Positions 16,989-27,537 are shown, counted from the stretch's first letter. The stretch is DNA of 64,000 bases from Candidatus Hydrogenedentota bacterium (GCA_034669905.1 JAXMOL010000010.1:1-64000); one strand, 5' to 3'. Made by a program: numbers and translations. The notes: generated by a model from the letters alone, not told the origin.

Positions 16989-19387
16989 GGCACCTCGGCG
17001 ACTTCCTCTTCCGTCGCCACGTGAACTAACACCTCCGGTTCACCCCGCTCGATGACCAGCAGTTTCTTACCATTCTGAACGGTAATGGTGGTGTGCTCCG
17101 GACTGAACTCGCTTATCACCCAGTTTCCGAAGAGCGTTTCCCCGAGATGAAACTGCGCTTTGCGCTCCGTGCCATCCATCTCCCGCAGGATAAGCGAGAA
17201 AATCGGGCCGGACTCTCGGCCATCCAGTACCCCTTTGAGCTCCACTTCCAAGCGGGTCTCATTGGAGACTTCCGGTGCGGGAGGCGGTGGCGTAACGGGT
17301 GCTGACTCAACATCAAGCTCCGCGGGCGCGGGCGGCGACAGCTGGAAGGTGTGGCGCAATGTCATGCTGCTGGCCCACCCCGGTATCAACTGAAACCGAT
17401 AAATTCCGGGAGGGAGTGCATAGTGGAAAACGGCGCGGGATTTCGATGCCAGCAGCAGTCCCTGATCATCCCGGTAGCTGCCCTCAACCCCATTGACCCG
17501 TACTGCCTGTGGCTGACCAGCGTTGGCCCAGGAATTGGCCCCCACCTTGTATTCGAGAAGAAGCGTTGCGGGGTGCTCCCGTTCCGCACCCACACCACCA
17601 ATCCAGAAATCGCCATACCCATCATTCACGATCGGCAATTGCACGTCGTAGGTGCCATCCTGGTCGTTCAGGGTGATGAGTGCTTCGCCAATCTCGGGGG
17701 CAGGCTGGAAAGCGCCGAAGAAACTGCTCAGTACGGCGACGGCGACTAGCCCGGTAACCCCCACGTTACCCATCGCAAACCAGCGCGCCGGCCCAAGCGG
17801 GAAGAGTGATACAAGGGCGGCAAGCCCGAGCACCAACCACGCGCTCAGGGCCAGAATTCCCCCTTGCGACATCCACCACACATTGGCGTCCGCCCCGGCC
17901 ACCTCGGGAGGCCCACCAAAGACCTGATGAATATAAACGGCGCCTCCTATCGTAAGAACGGCCCACAGCACATTCAACAGAACACCGCGCAACAATCGAA
18001 TCACTATCGTGGCCGTAAGACTCGAGAGGGCCGCGAATACAAACAGGATAAGGGCATACTCATCGATAACCGCCGCCAACGCACCGGAATCCCCCAGACT
18101 GATGGGCACGAAGACCTTTACCAGAAATAAAATGCTCGCCAACCAGGAAAGCCATGAATCGACGCCAAGGCCGCGAAGCGCACCGGGCCGCGCGAGCCGT
18201 TCCAAAAAGGTCCCATGGGGATTGGGCACATCCGAAACCGCATTGGCATTCAACGCGCGGCTCGCCATGTTGCGGGCCCGCTTCACATCCACCTGCGCCC
18301 GAAAAGTTGCTTCCTCCAGACGCTTGTAGACATCCTGGGCGATGGCCGCAGCCGCCAATTGGGCTTGCATGGCCGCCTCATAGGCGGTCAGCGCCTCCGA
18401 ATCTTCCTCGCAATCCTGTATCACCTGCTCCAGACGTCCGCGATAATAGGCTATCGCACTCCGGGTCCGTTGCCGTTCCGCCTCCGTGTCGGCCCGACGC
18501 CGTGAGAGCTCCTGGACATCCATCTTTCCATCGAGGTTCGTCCGGTGTAGCTCGTTCAACAACTTGTCGGCCATCTCCCGTTCCCGCAGGGCGTTTTCCA
18601 GGCCGGTTACCGCATGTTCAATGGGTAGCCCTTCAATTTCCTCCGCCAGGGGAAAGGTGCCATCCACCAAATCAACGGGCACGTCGGACAAGGAAACATC
18701 TTCCAGCCCACCCGCCTGATGGGGGTCTTCCGTGGCCAGCCAGCCGCGCAGGTTCTGTTGACGATAGACGAGGATCTCGCGACGCCGCCGCAAGGGCAAC
18801 ACCGCCTTGCTGTACGCCACGTATTCTGTTTCCCCTGCCCGCAAATCCTCCTGCTGATTCGTCAACCCGGCACGAATATCCGAGAGCTCCGCACCGATGG
18901 CAATCAGCTCTTCCCGGATCGCACCCTCCAACTGCTGGCGGGACTGGCGGGCGAGCGCCCGATAACTCATCAGGGTGGCTTTGTCCAACTCGGCGGGACG
19001 CCCTTCACGGATACACTGCAACTGAAGCTTTACTTCATGTTCGTAGTTGCACAAACGCCGGATGGGATCGAATTTTTCGAAGGCAACGGCCGCCAATTGG
19101 CCGCTTTCTCCTTCCAGGATCACGTCGTCCCGTTCGAGATCACTGGACGATTCCTCGTCGAGCGGGCTGGCTTCGACCAGCGCCCCCTTGGGTTTGCGAA
19201 GATACTCCGGGTGATCTTTGAGATGAATCACCCCCTCGTCGGGGCCCAGTTCCGCTTCACTGGGGATGCGAATCTTTTGCCGACAGGCGATGCACTTTCC
19301 GGGTTTCCCCAGCATGCTACGGGATACTTTCATCTTCTGGCCACACAGGCAAAAGATGCGCAGTTCAAACGGCTTGGCTTCGGGCAT
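16985..19387 (-). CDS. Hypothetical multi-pass membrane protein (N-terminal Zn ribbon, coiled coil, about 5 TM, extracytoplasmic C-terminal domains)
   Basis: IFCLCGQKMKV...GKCIACRQKIRIP; long helical region; hydrophobic block at about aa 410-560. Confidence 0.75.
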   Translation of the reverse strand: MPEAKPFELRIFCLCGQKMKVSRSMLGKPGKCIACRQKIRIPSEAELGPDEGVIHLKDHPEYLRKPKGALVEASPLDEESSSDLERDDVILEGESGQLAAVAFEKFDPIRRLCNYEHEVKLQLQCIREGRPAELDKATLMSYRALARQSRQQLEGAIREELIAIGAELSDIRAGLTNQQEDLRAGETEYVAYSKAVLPLRRRREILVYRQQNLRGWLATEDPHQAGGLEDVSLSDVPVDLVDGTFPLAEEIEGLPIEHAVTGLENALREREMADKLLNELHRTNLDGKMDVQELSRRRADTEAERQRTRSAIAYYRGRLEQVIQDCEEDSEALTAYEAAMQAQLAAAAIAQDVYKRLEEATFRAQVDVKRARNMASRALNANAVSDVPNPHGTFLERLARPGALRGLGVDSWLSWLASILFLVKVFVPISLGDSGALAAVIDEYALILFVFAALSSLTATIVIRLLRGVLLNVLWAVLTIGGAVYIHQVFGGPPEVAGADANVWWMSQGGILALSAWLVLGLAALVSLFPLGPARWFAMGNVGVTGLVAVAVLSSFFGAFQPAPEIGEALITLNDQDGTYDVQLPIVNDGYGDFWIGGVGAEREHPATLLLEYKVGANSWANAGQPQAVRVNGVEGSYRDDQGLLLASKSRAVFHYALPPGIYRFQLIPGWASSMTLRHTFQLSPPAPAELDVESAPVTPPPPAPEVSNETRLEVELKGVLDGRESGPIFSLILREMDGTERKAQFHLGETLFGNWVISEFSPEHTTITVQNGKKLLVIERGEPEVLVHVATEEEVAEVP

Positions 19388-19610
19388 TGAAATATCCTCT
19401 GTGGGTCCGCACTACGATATCGCGTGGCCCCGAAAAATGCAAATCAGCGCAAGGCGAAACTGCGAAAAACGAAATATCCCGGACCGGGGGTATCGGGCGC
19501 CTCGTGCCGGGGTCTTTCTCAACGTGCCGCTACCTGTTCGTGCTTTATTTCGATCCCGGAAACGCGGTACCATATGCCCTTCCGAATCCCCGCAACAGGA
19601 GAACTATTTC

Positions 19611-21131
19611 GTGTCCAATCCCGCTATTACTGCTTATCTCAATGCCACCCCTGCCGACAAAATTGACGCGGGATTCCTCGGCTATATTGCCAACCTGAGC
19701 GAAGTCGCCAAGGTAACGCCCGCGGTCGCCACGTCGGTTGTCCAGGAATTAGCGGACCAACGGGGCTATCTCAAGTTGATCGCCAGTGAAAACTATTGCT
19801 CCTTGAGCACCCAATTGGCCATGGGCAACCTCCTGACCGACAAATACGCGGAAGGATTTGCCGGACAGCGCTTTTACGAAGGCTGCGACAACGTCGACGC
19901 CGTCGAAGCTTACGCCTGCGAGCAGGCCTGCAAACTGTTCGGTGCGGAACACGCCTATGTCCAGCCCCACTCGGGTGCCGATGCGAATATGATTGCCTTC
20001 TGGGCCGTACTGACCGCCCGTGTGGAGGTCCCTGCCCTCGAAGCGCTGGGCACCAAAGACCCCTCCAAACTCTCCCAGGAAGACTGGAACACGGTCCGGG
20101 AAGCCCTGGGTAACCAGCGGCTCATGGGAATGGATTACTATTCCGGTGGTCACCTCACCCACGGCTACCGGCGTAACCTGTCGGCCAAGATGTTCGACGC
20201 CTACAGCTACGCGGTCAACGAAGATACCGGCCTGCTGGACTACGACGCCATTGAAGCCAAGGCGAAAGACATCAAGCCCCTCATTCTCCTGGCGGGATAC
20301 AGTGCCTATCCCCGTAAGATTGACTTCGCCCGCATGCGCGCCATTGCCGACGGTGTCGGTGCTGTGCTCATGGTCGACATGGCCCACTTTGCCGGTCTTG
20401 TGGCCGCCGGGGTCTTCGAAGGCGATTACAACCCCATCCCCCACGCCCACATTGTCACCTCCACCACGCACAAGACCCTCCGGGGCCCCCGTGGCGGCAT
20501 CGTGCTCTGCAAAAAGGAACTGGCTGATTACGTCGACAAGGGCTGTCCCCTCGTCATTGGCGGCCCCCTGCCCCACGTCATGGCGGCCAAAGCTGTCGCA
20601 TTCACGGAAGCCAACTCCCCTGAATTCAAGGCCTATGGCGCCAAAGTTGCCGAAAACGCCAAGACCCTCGCTGCGGCATGTGTCGAAGAGGGCCTTACGC
20701 TGGCGACAGGCGGCACGGATAATCACCTTATGCTGATTGATGTGCGCACCAGCTGCGGCATCACGGGATGTCAGGCGGCCAGCGCGCTGCGGGAATGTGG
20801 CATCACGCTCAATTACAATTCCCTGCCCAACGATCCCAACGGCCCCTTAATTACCAGTGGCCTTCGCATTGGCACCCCCGCCGTAACCACCCTCGGAATG
20901 GGCGCGGAAGAAATGAAGACCATTGCGAAGATCGTAAAACTCGTGGTCACCAACACCAAGGCGGGCATCCTCAAGTCGGGACCCAACGCCGGCAAACCCA
21001 GTAAGCGGCTCCACGAGCTGGACGAGGCGGTGCGCACGGAAGCCCGGGCCATGACAAAGGCCCTGCTGGATCGCTTCCCCGTCTATCCCCAGTTAGACCT
21101 GGACTTCCTGCAGGAACACTTCGGAAGCTGA
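19611..21131 (+). CDS. glyA: Serine hydroxymethyltransferase (long form)
   Basis: GTG 19611 after AGGAGA; LKLIASENY, DKYAEG, VQPHSGADAN, GGHLTHG, DMAHFAGLVA, STTHKTLRGPRGG, SGLRIGTPAVTT. Confidence 0.97.
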   Translation: MSNPAITAYLNATPADKIDAGFLGYIANLSEVAKVTPAVATSVVQELADQRGYLKLIASENYCSLSTQLAMGNLLTDKYAEGFAGQRFYEGCDNVDAVEAYACEQACKLFGAEHAYVQPHSGADANMIAFWAVLTARVEVPALEALGTKDPSKLSQEDWNTVREALGNQRLMGMDYYSGGHLTHGYRRNLSAKMFDAYSYAVNEDTGLLDYDAIEAKAKDIKPLILLAGYSAYPRKIDFARMRAIADGVGAVLMVDMAHFAGLVAAGVFEGDYNPIPHAHIVTSTTHKTLRGPRGGIVLCKKELADYVDKGCPLVIGGPLPHVMAAKAVAFTEANSPEFKAYGAKVAENAKTLAAACVEEGLTLATGGTDNHLMLIDVRTSCGITGCQAASALRECGITLNYNSLPNDPNGPLITSGLRIGTPAVTTLGMGAEEMKTIAKIVKLVVTNTKAGILKSGPNAGKPSKRLHELDEAVRTEARAMTKALLDRFPVYPQLDLDFLQEHFGS

Positions 21132-21156
21132 ATCAGCCTCCTCGTCGATAGGTATC

Positions 21157-21199
21157 AAAAAGCCCCGGTTCTTCCTAAGAGGAACCGGGGCTACTTTTT
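21157..21199. terminator. Bidirectional Rho-independent terminator
   Basis: aaaaagccccggtt...aaccggggctacttttt between convergent glyA and the giant surface-protein gene. Confidence 0.85.
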
Positions 21200-21213
21200 G
21201 AGTAGGGCCCTGC

Positions 21214-24200
21214 TCAGGGTTGTTGCTCCACCGCTGGTTTTCTTCTTCCCATGGCACGCACGAGGAATACAGCCACGAACAAGAACACCAGCGTAAGGTC
21301 TCCGCGAAGGGTACTGCCCGTTCCACCGTCCCCACCATGACAACTCACAGGCTGCTTATCGCCGTCGGGCGTGGGTTCCGGGTCCGGGTCCGGATCGGGG
21401 GTGCTATCGGGCGTGAGGGCCAGGTGTACGACGTTCATGAGGCCCCCTTCCACGTTCACGGTCCTGCTGCGGTTTCGGTGCTGGCTGGCACTTCCGGTCA
21501 CGGTGTAGCTACCCGCGGCGAGGGCCGGATACGAAAGCCGTCCGTCGCCGTCCGTCGTGGCGCTCAGCCTGGTATCGCCCTGGGTCAGGGTCACGGTGGC
21601 CCCCGCAAGCCGCGTCAGGACACCGGCCGTGGAGACAATCACCTCGACGGCCGCCCCCTCGTTCGCACCCCCCACTTCCAAAGCGTGGTCACTGGCCACA
21701 TTCCCCTCGGTCAGGGCCGCCAATTCGGTGGGCACCGTGGTGCCCCATTCGTTCCACTGGGCACTCAGGGAAGCGCTGCCTTCATGAAGTATCGCCTGTC
21801 CTGGCGTCACGCCACTGAAGTCATTCCAGCCGTTGAGGCCTGCGCCCATACGCTCACTGTCGCTCCCCAGCGTGGCGCCGTCGCGCACCAGCACCGCCGT
21901 GTGGCCCATATTCATAAAGCGGGAGCGACGCAGGTGGGGCAGGGCACCGGAGATATCCAGCCCCACAGAAAGATTACTGAACAGGCAGCCCGTAATCTGG
22001 CTGGCCGGCGTGCTGCCTGCTTCCACCACGATGCCCGTCAGCCCGCTGCCGGGGCTTCCGTCCAGGGAACAATAAGACACCCTCGCCTCGCCGCCGGTGA
22101 GGAAAACGAGGGCCGTGTCGCTGCCCGAGCCTATTACCTCCACCCCGGTCAGGTGGCTGTGGGCACGCAGGGTCACCGGACCCGTCAGGCTTACCACTTC
22201 ATCATAGAGCGGCGATACAGTCACGTAGGACTTGAGGGTCACGGCTCCGTCATAGTGCCCCTCACTCAGGTAGATATGGACCGGGTGGCCCGCCGATGCA
22301 TTCACCCGGGACAGGGCATAGTCCAGACGCTGCCAGGGCTCCGTGCGGCTGCCGCCGCTCGCCACATCGCTCCCCGCCGGGTGCACGAAATAGCCCGTCA
22401 CGGGTGTCGCCGGATTCCGGGGGGAACCATTCGCCAGGAACTCGTCCAGGTTCACCACCCCGTCGAGGTCGGGGTCGAGATGCCCGTCATCCATCAGGGG
22501 ATCGAGCTGGTGGGTAAATTCGTAGCCATCGCTCATGCCGTCCCCATCCGTATCGGGATTGCTGTCGCTCGTACCCGCGCAAATTTCTTTACACTTGGAC
22601 AGGCCATCGCCGTCCACATCTACCAGGTTGTCGGCCTCCCCCGCACACAGGGTGTCACAGGGACGGCTGCAGGGAAGAATGGTCACCGACCGGGTCACGG
22701 GCGGCGCCGCCGTACCCCCGCCGTCGGTTACGGTGTAGGTCACGAGGTAGGAGCCCGGCACGCCACTGCGTACGGGATTGTCCACCACCAGCGAAGCCGA
22801 TATGTCTCCGAGGCACGCATCCACTGCACGGGCACCCAGATCGCGGTAGTCCGTATCGCAGTCTATCGTGACCGCGTCATCACCATTCAACAGAATCTGC
22901 GGGGCCCCGTCACCGAGGACCGTCACGGTGCGATAAATCGTTTCCGCCACATTTCCCGCACTGTCCGTGGCGTCGTAGGCCAGCGTATAGACCCCCACCG
23001 TATCGGTGCGCAGACTCCCGCTCATGACCACCGCCGCACCCGGGTCGCAGGTATCGATCACCATCGCCCCCCGCTCCACATAAGCTTCCCCACAGGAAAG
23101 GACCACCTCAGCCTCCCCATTGAGGCGCAGCACCGGGGCGGTCGTGTCTACCACGGTCACCTGGCGGTTCATGGGCTGGGCCCGGTTCCCCGAGCTGTCC
23201 GACGCCTCGTAACTCAAGAGGTAGGTGCCCGCACGGCTGACGTCCACCTGCCCACCCACCTGCACCGCCACGTCCCCTTCGCAATCGTCCAGGGCCGTCA
23301 CACCGGGATCTACAAAGGCCACCCCGCAGGCCACGGTAATCGATTCATCGCCCACCCGGCTTATCACCGGGCCCACCGTATCGGCTACGGTCACCGTACG
23401 GTCGCGAGGCGTTGACGTGTTCCCCGCACCGTCCGTCGCGGTGTATTGGAGGGTGTAGACACCCGGCACCGTCGTATTCACCACCCCCGTCGTCATCACG
23501 TCCACCTCACCCGCACAGCTGTCCATGGCGGTGGCACCCGCCTCTTCGTAGGGCTGACCGCAGGCCAGGCTCAGCGTCTCGCTCCCATTAAGGGTCACGA
23601 CCGGCGGCGTTTCATCTACCACCGTCACCACCCGGGTCACCCGCGTCGCGGCATAGCCCGCACTATCGGTCACGTCGTAGTGAATGCGGTAGGTGCCCGG
23701 GCCAACGCCCGTCAGTGTCGTCAACGGGGTATCCGACTCGTCTACGATGGTGGTGACAACGGAGGTCGTGATATTCCCGTCAATATTATCTTCCGCACGA
23801 ACCCCGGCATCCGTATAGGCCGTGCCGCAGGCCACCTGTACTTCCGCCAGTCCGTTGAGCGTAATCTCTGGTGCCGAGTAGTCAATGGCTACGCCCCGGC
23901 TGAAAGCCGACGTATTCCCTGAGGCATCGGTCGCCAATACCGTAAGATAGTGGCCGTCAAATTCCGTCAGGTCCAGGACCTCCGTGAAGGCCCCCGTCTC
24001 ATCGGCCTGGAGCCGCACCAAAAAGGTCTCTCCTTCCTCCGCCAGATCGATATAGCAGTCCACCACACTCTGGGGTGGGGCCGTGCCCCGGATGGGATCG
24101 ATGGAGGTCAGCACGGGCTGTGCGATGGCCCCATTGCCTCCGTCGAAGAGACGGACTCCCAAGTCTCCGTTGTCGTAGATAGCATTGTGGACAATGGAAT

Positions 24201-27200
24201 TCCCCGCCGTGGTAGCTCCCACCACCCATACACCAATACCGGTATTCCCCGCGATGGTGTTCCCCGCACCCGTCGCCTCACCACCAATGAGATTTCCAGA
24301 AGCTCCGGCTTCCACCCGCACCCCGGCCAGGGTATTACCACTCGCAGGCAATTCCTCGGACACCCGGCCAATGTGGTTGCCCTCCAACCGGTTCCCTGTG
24401 GTGCCTTCACCGGACAAGACCACGCCACTGTGGCCGTTCCCAGCGATAAGATTGCGCGCGGAAGACGCGGTGCCTCCGATGAGATTATCGTGGGCACCGT
24501 CATGGACCAAGATGCCGTGGGAGCCGTTGGGATAGACCGTCGTGCCGTCCGTACCCACCACGCAGCCCGTAATGGTGTTGGCCGTGGCCGACGCACCGGA
24601 GACTTCCAGGCCATGCCCCGGAAAACCGTAGACGGTCAGGTCCCGAATCGTGTTGCCCGCCGACGCCACCACCAGGCCCGATTCCGTGCCACTGAGCTGC
24701 GAACCGTCGAGGGAAACCATTCCACCACCATCCACTACCAGGGACCCCGTCGCATCGTCAATAGGGGGAAGGGCCTCTGTCGGTTGAATCACCCCCGACA
24801 TGGAAAAACCAATGGTGTTCGCGCCCTCCATCGTGTTGGCCGCTATAATGGCCTCGCGGAGAGAAACCACCCCGTCCGCGCCTGGCTCCGTCAAAAGCCG
24901 CGCGATGCTACTCGTCGTACCGTCCGCAACGTCTGTCAAGGTATTCACCGACACCTCCCGAATACCCGCCGACACCACCCGCACATACACTTCGCGGGAC
25001 CGCACTTCGCCCAGGCCATTGTCTGCCACGCACTGGTAGTAGCCTTCCTGGCCCGGCGTCACCGTGTGGAGGAGCAAGGTCGACGTGGTCGTACCCGTCG
25101 TCAACGCATTCTCTGCCAGCGGCGCATAGTCTCCCGTGGCGCCTCGGTAGTACCACTGGAGCACGATCTCCGGAGAACCTTCCAGGGTCATGGCCACACT
25201 GCCATCGTCGCCTTCCACCACCACGAAGTCCGCTGGCTCTACCACGAAGGCCGGCGGGATAATATCCAAGGGTGCACTGAACTCTGACGTATTCCCCGCA
25301 CTATCTGTCGCCGTCGTCGTAATCTTGCGTTGCAGGTAGGGGGACAGGTCCAGCGCGATCGAATAGTTGCCCTCTCCATCGGTCGTCGTAGACCCGATAT
25401 GGACTTCCCCCTCTTCGGCGTCGTCCGCATAGATATCCACAAAACTGTTGGCTGGCGCCGTGCCCGCCACCGGAATAAAGGACGCGATGACCGGCGGCAG
25501 AATGCCCTGGTTTGCGCCAAAGCTCAGGAGGATGCCCTTCTCCCCGTTGTCATGAATCGAATTAAGACGAATGCTGTTTTCTGACGTTAAGGCCCCATTG
25601 ATTTCGATTCCCGAAAGGGCATTGCCAAAAACCTCATTGCGCTCCGCCTCCGGCTCGCCCCCCACCACGTTCCCCGACGTGCCGTCCACCATGAAGATAC
25701 CCCGCGTACCGTTGCCATAGATATGGTTGCCCAGCACCCGGTTGGAAGTGGTCATTGCATCATGAATTTCCACACCCGTCACCGCGTTGTCATGAATATC
25801 ATTGCCGGAACCCAGCTGATCTCCCCCGATCAGATTGTTCGACGCGCCCCCGGCGAGATACACGCCAATCTGACCGTTTCCCGTGATTTCGTTGCCTTCG
25901 ATGACGTTTTCGTCCGTCCCCACATCAAATACAATGACCCCATCGCTCACGTTTCCAGCGATGAGATTTCCCTCGCCCGGTTCCGATCCGCCAATCACAT
26001 TTCGGGTCGCCCCGCCGTGAATGGCGACCCCCGAATAGCCGTTTCCCTCCAGAATATTGTTGACCACCTCGTTGCTGGATGTACCCGCATCGGTAATATC
26101 TACGCCGTAGTTGTTCGCAGCGATTCGGTTGGGAAGCTGGTCTACCACGCCAATACGATTGTTCTTGGCGCCGTCTCGGATAGTCACGCCGTTTGCCCCA
26201 CCGTGGACGTAGTTGTTGTACATCCGGTTAGACTCCGTGCCCTCTCCCTCGATACGCACGACGTCACTTTGGCTGTATGCGATATAATTCCGTCCACTCG
26301 TTTCGGTAGAACCGATCGTGTTGTCCGACGCGCCATTTCGGATCACAATGGAGTGCTCACCATGGCCCGCACGGCTGCGTTTGGGGTGCATCAGGTAAAA
26401 TGCCGGGGCACCATCCATTGCGGGGACCAATTCAATAGCCGCGATATTCCGGTAGCCGATGTAGTTACCGAGTACGTGATTGCCCGTCGTGCCCGCACCA
26501 TCTAAGACGATACCCGATCCGCTCGTCCCCATTTTCTCCCCATCCTTACGGATGTTGGATATCGCAGGGTCATCCAATACATACCCCGAAGACCAGAGGG
26601 ACCCACCCAGAAAGTTGGCCATCTCCAGCCCGAGCCCACCCACAATGTTGTCCGATGCCCCATTCTCAATCAGAATGTTGTCTTTTCGATTGGGATGGAT
26701 TGAGGAAGCAGTGAAGGTTTGCAGCGCTCGCTGCACCACCTCTTCTTCGCAATTGGCCTGACTGGTCGGGATTGGCGTCGGAAGCTCGATTTCATCGACA
26801 TCGATGTCACAAACGGCCGTCGACTTTATCGCAGTTTGTCCGAGATAGTTGCTATAGATTCGGTTGCGATCGGTTCCCGCCCCGTTGATACGTATGCCAT
26901 TTTCCCCGCAGTCCACGATGACGTTGCCGTAGATCTCATTGTCGACGGCCCCGCCCTCGATGCGAATTCCATCCCGATTCGAGCCATCCACCGTCTTGCA
27001 ATTAATTCCAATCCCATTGCCGTAAATCGCGTTATTCGAAGCGTTCGGGCCATCGATTACGAAGGTGTCCTGGGTGAATCGGATGAAGCTGAATCCGGTG
27101 ATTTCATTGTCCGCCGATAAAATGACGAAAGCGCCGTTGTGCTCCGTTTCCGCCAGGGCATAGTCCATATCGCGACCATCAAAGGTGGTGTGTCCCGTGG

Positions 27201-27537
27201 TGCGAATTTCCGTGCCGCCCGTGGGGTCATCCAGCGGGGGGAGGGGCTTGGTAAAGGTGAACGCATAGGCATCGTTGCCAGGAATTGCCGGGTTACATTC
27301 GTAGTTGAACTCGGGCACCTGAATAATAATGGTGTCCGGACCTGGAAAGGCGTTGGCCTCCTGGATGGCCGCATGCAGCGTCGCGTTGGCGCTGCCGGGC
27401 AGTGTTTCAGCTACCCCATCCCCGGGAAAGAAATCGCCCTCCTCGCCGTAGGAATTGACGACGAAGGTCGCTGCGTAGCTATAACCCGCCCCCAGTGTGA
27501 GGGCCAAAGCGGATGCGAATCGAAAAAATACATTCAT
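21214..27537 (-). CDS. Giant secreted surface protein: parallel beta-helix repeats, Ig-like domain, about five DUF5011/HYR-like repeats, DxDGDG Ca-binding repeats, carboxypeptidase-regulatory-like domain, C-terminal membrane anchor
   Basis: Signal peptide (GYSYA-ATFVVNS); repeated N.IGG.....N.I.GN...GV; repeated DTT.P.ITLNG......CG..Y.D.G..A.D.C.G; PDTDGDGMSDGYE; C-terminal TM followed by RRK. Confidence 0.85.
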   Translation of the reverse strand: MNVFFRFASALALTLGAGYSYAATFVVNSYGEEGDFFPGDGVAETLPGSANATLHAAIQEANAFPGPDTIIIQVPEFNYECNPAIPGNDAYAFTFTKPLPPLDDPTGGTEIRTTGHTTFDGRDMDYALAETEHNGAFVILSADNEITGFSFIRFTQDTFVIDGPNASNNAIYGNGIGINCKTVDGSNRDGIRIEGGAVDNEIYGNVIVDCGENGIRINGAGTDRNRIYSNYLGQTAIKSTAVCDIDVDEIELPTPIPTSQANCEEEVVQRALQTFTASSIHPNRKDNILIENGASDNIVGGLGLEMANFLGGSLWSSGYVLDDPAISNIRKDGEKMGTSGSGIVLDGAGTTGNHVLGNYIGYRNIAAIELVPAMDGAPAFYLMHPKRSRAGHGEHSIVIRNGASDNTIGSTETSGRNYIAYSQSDVVRIEGEGTESNRMYNNYVHGGANGVTIRDGAKNNRIGVVDQLPNRIAANNYGVDITDAGTSSNEVVNNILEGNGYSGVAIHGGATRNVIGGSEPGEGNLIAGNVSDGVIVFDVGTDENVIEGNEITGNGQIGVYLAGGASNNLIGGDQLGSGNDIHDNAVTGVEIHDAMTTSNRVLGNHIYGNGTRGIFMVDGTSGNVVGGEPEAERNEVFGNALSGIEINGALTSENSIRLNSIHDNGEKGILLSFGANQGILPPVIASFIPVAGTAPANSFVDIYADDAEEGEVHIGSTTTDGEGNYSIALDLSPYLQRKITTTATDSAGNTSEFSAPLDIIPPAFVVEPADFVVVEGDDGSVAMTLEGSPEIVLQWYYRGATGDYAPLAENALTTGTTTSTLLLHTVTPGQEGYYQCVADNGLGEVRSREVYVRVVSAGIREVSVNTLTDVADGTTSSIARLLTEPGADGVVSLREAIIAANTMEGANTIGFSMSGVIQPTEALPPIDDATGSLVVDGGGMVSLDGSQLSGTESGLVVASAGNTIRDLTVYGFPGHGLEVSGASATANTITGCVVGTDGTTVYPNGSHGILVHDGAHDNLIGGTASSARNLIAGNGHSGVVLSGEGTTGNRLEGNHIGRVSEELPASGNTLAGVRVEAGASGNLIGGEATGAGNTIAGNTGIGVWVVGATTAGNSIVHNAIYDNGDLGVRLFDGGNGAIAQPVLTSIDPIRGTAPPQSVVDCYIDLAEEGETFLVRLQADETGAFTEVLDLTEFDGHYLTVLATDASGNTSAFSRGVAIDYSAPEITLNGLAEVQVACGTAYTDAGVRAEDNIDGNITTSVVTTIVDESDTPLTTLTGVGPGTYRIHYDVTDSAGYAATRVTRVVTVVDETPPVVTLNGSETLSLACGQPYEEAGATAMDSCAGEVDVMTTGVVNTTVPGVYTLQYTATDGAGNTSTPRDRTVTVADTVGPVISRVGDESITVACGVAFVDPGVTALDDCEGDVAVQVGGQVDVSRAGTYLLSYEASDSSGNRAQPMNRQVTVVDTTAPVLRLNGEAEVVLSCGEAYVERGAMVIDTCDPGAAVVMSGSLRTDTVGVYTLAYDATDSAGNVAETIYRTVTVLGDGAPQILLNGDDAVTIDCDTDYRDLGARAVDACLGDISASLVVDNPVRSGVPGSYLVTYTVTDGGGTAAPPVTRSVTILPCSRPCDTLCAGEADNLVDVDGDGLSKCKEICAGTSDSNPDTDGDGMSDGYEFTHQLDPLMDDGHLDPDLDGVVNLDEFLANGSPRNPATPVTGYFVHPAGSDVASGGSRTEPWQRLDYALSRVNASAGHPVHIYLSEGHYDGAVTLKSYVTVSPLYDEVVSLTGPVTLRAHSHLTGVEVIGSGSDTALVFLTGGEARVSYCSLDGSPGSGLTGIVVEAGSTPASQITGCLFSNLSVGLDISGALPHLRRSRFMNMGHTAVLVRDGATLGSDSERMGAGLNGWNDFSGVTPGQAILHEGSASLSAQWNEWGTTVPTELAALTEGNVASDHALEVGGANEGAAVEVIVSTAGVLTRLAGATVTLTQGDTRLSATTDGDGRLSYPALAAGSYTVTGSASQHRNRSRTVNVEGGLMNVVHLALTPDSTPDPDPDPEPTPDGDKQPVSCHGGDGGTGSTLRGDLTLVFLFVAVFLVRAMGRRKPAVEQQP

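Noticed and set aside
19390..19610. ZTP (pfl) or glycine riboswitch upstream of glyA
   Set aside because: I could not find the conserved aptamer motifs by eye; an Rfam scan would be needed to exclude them fully.
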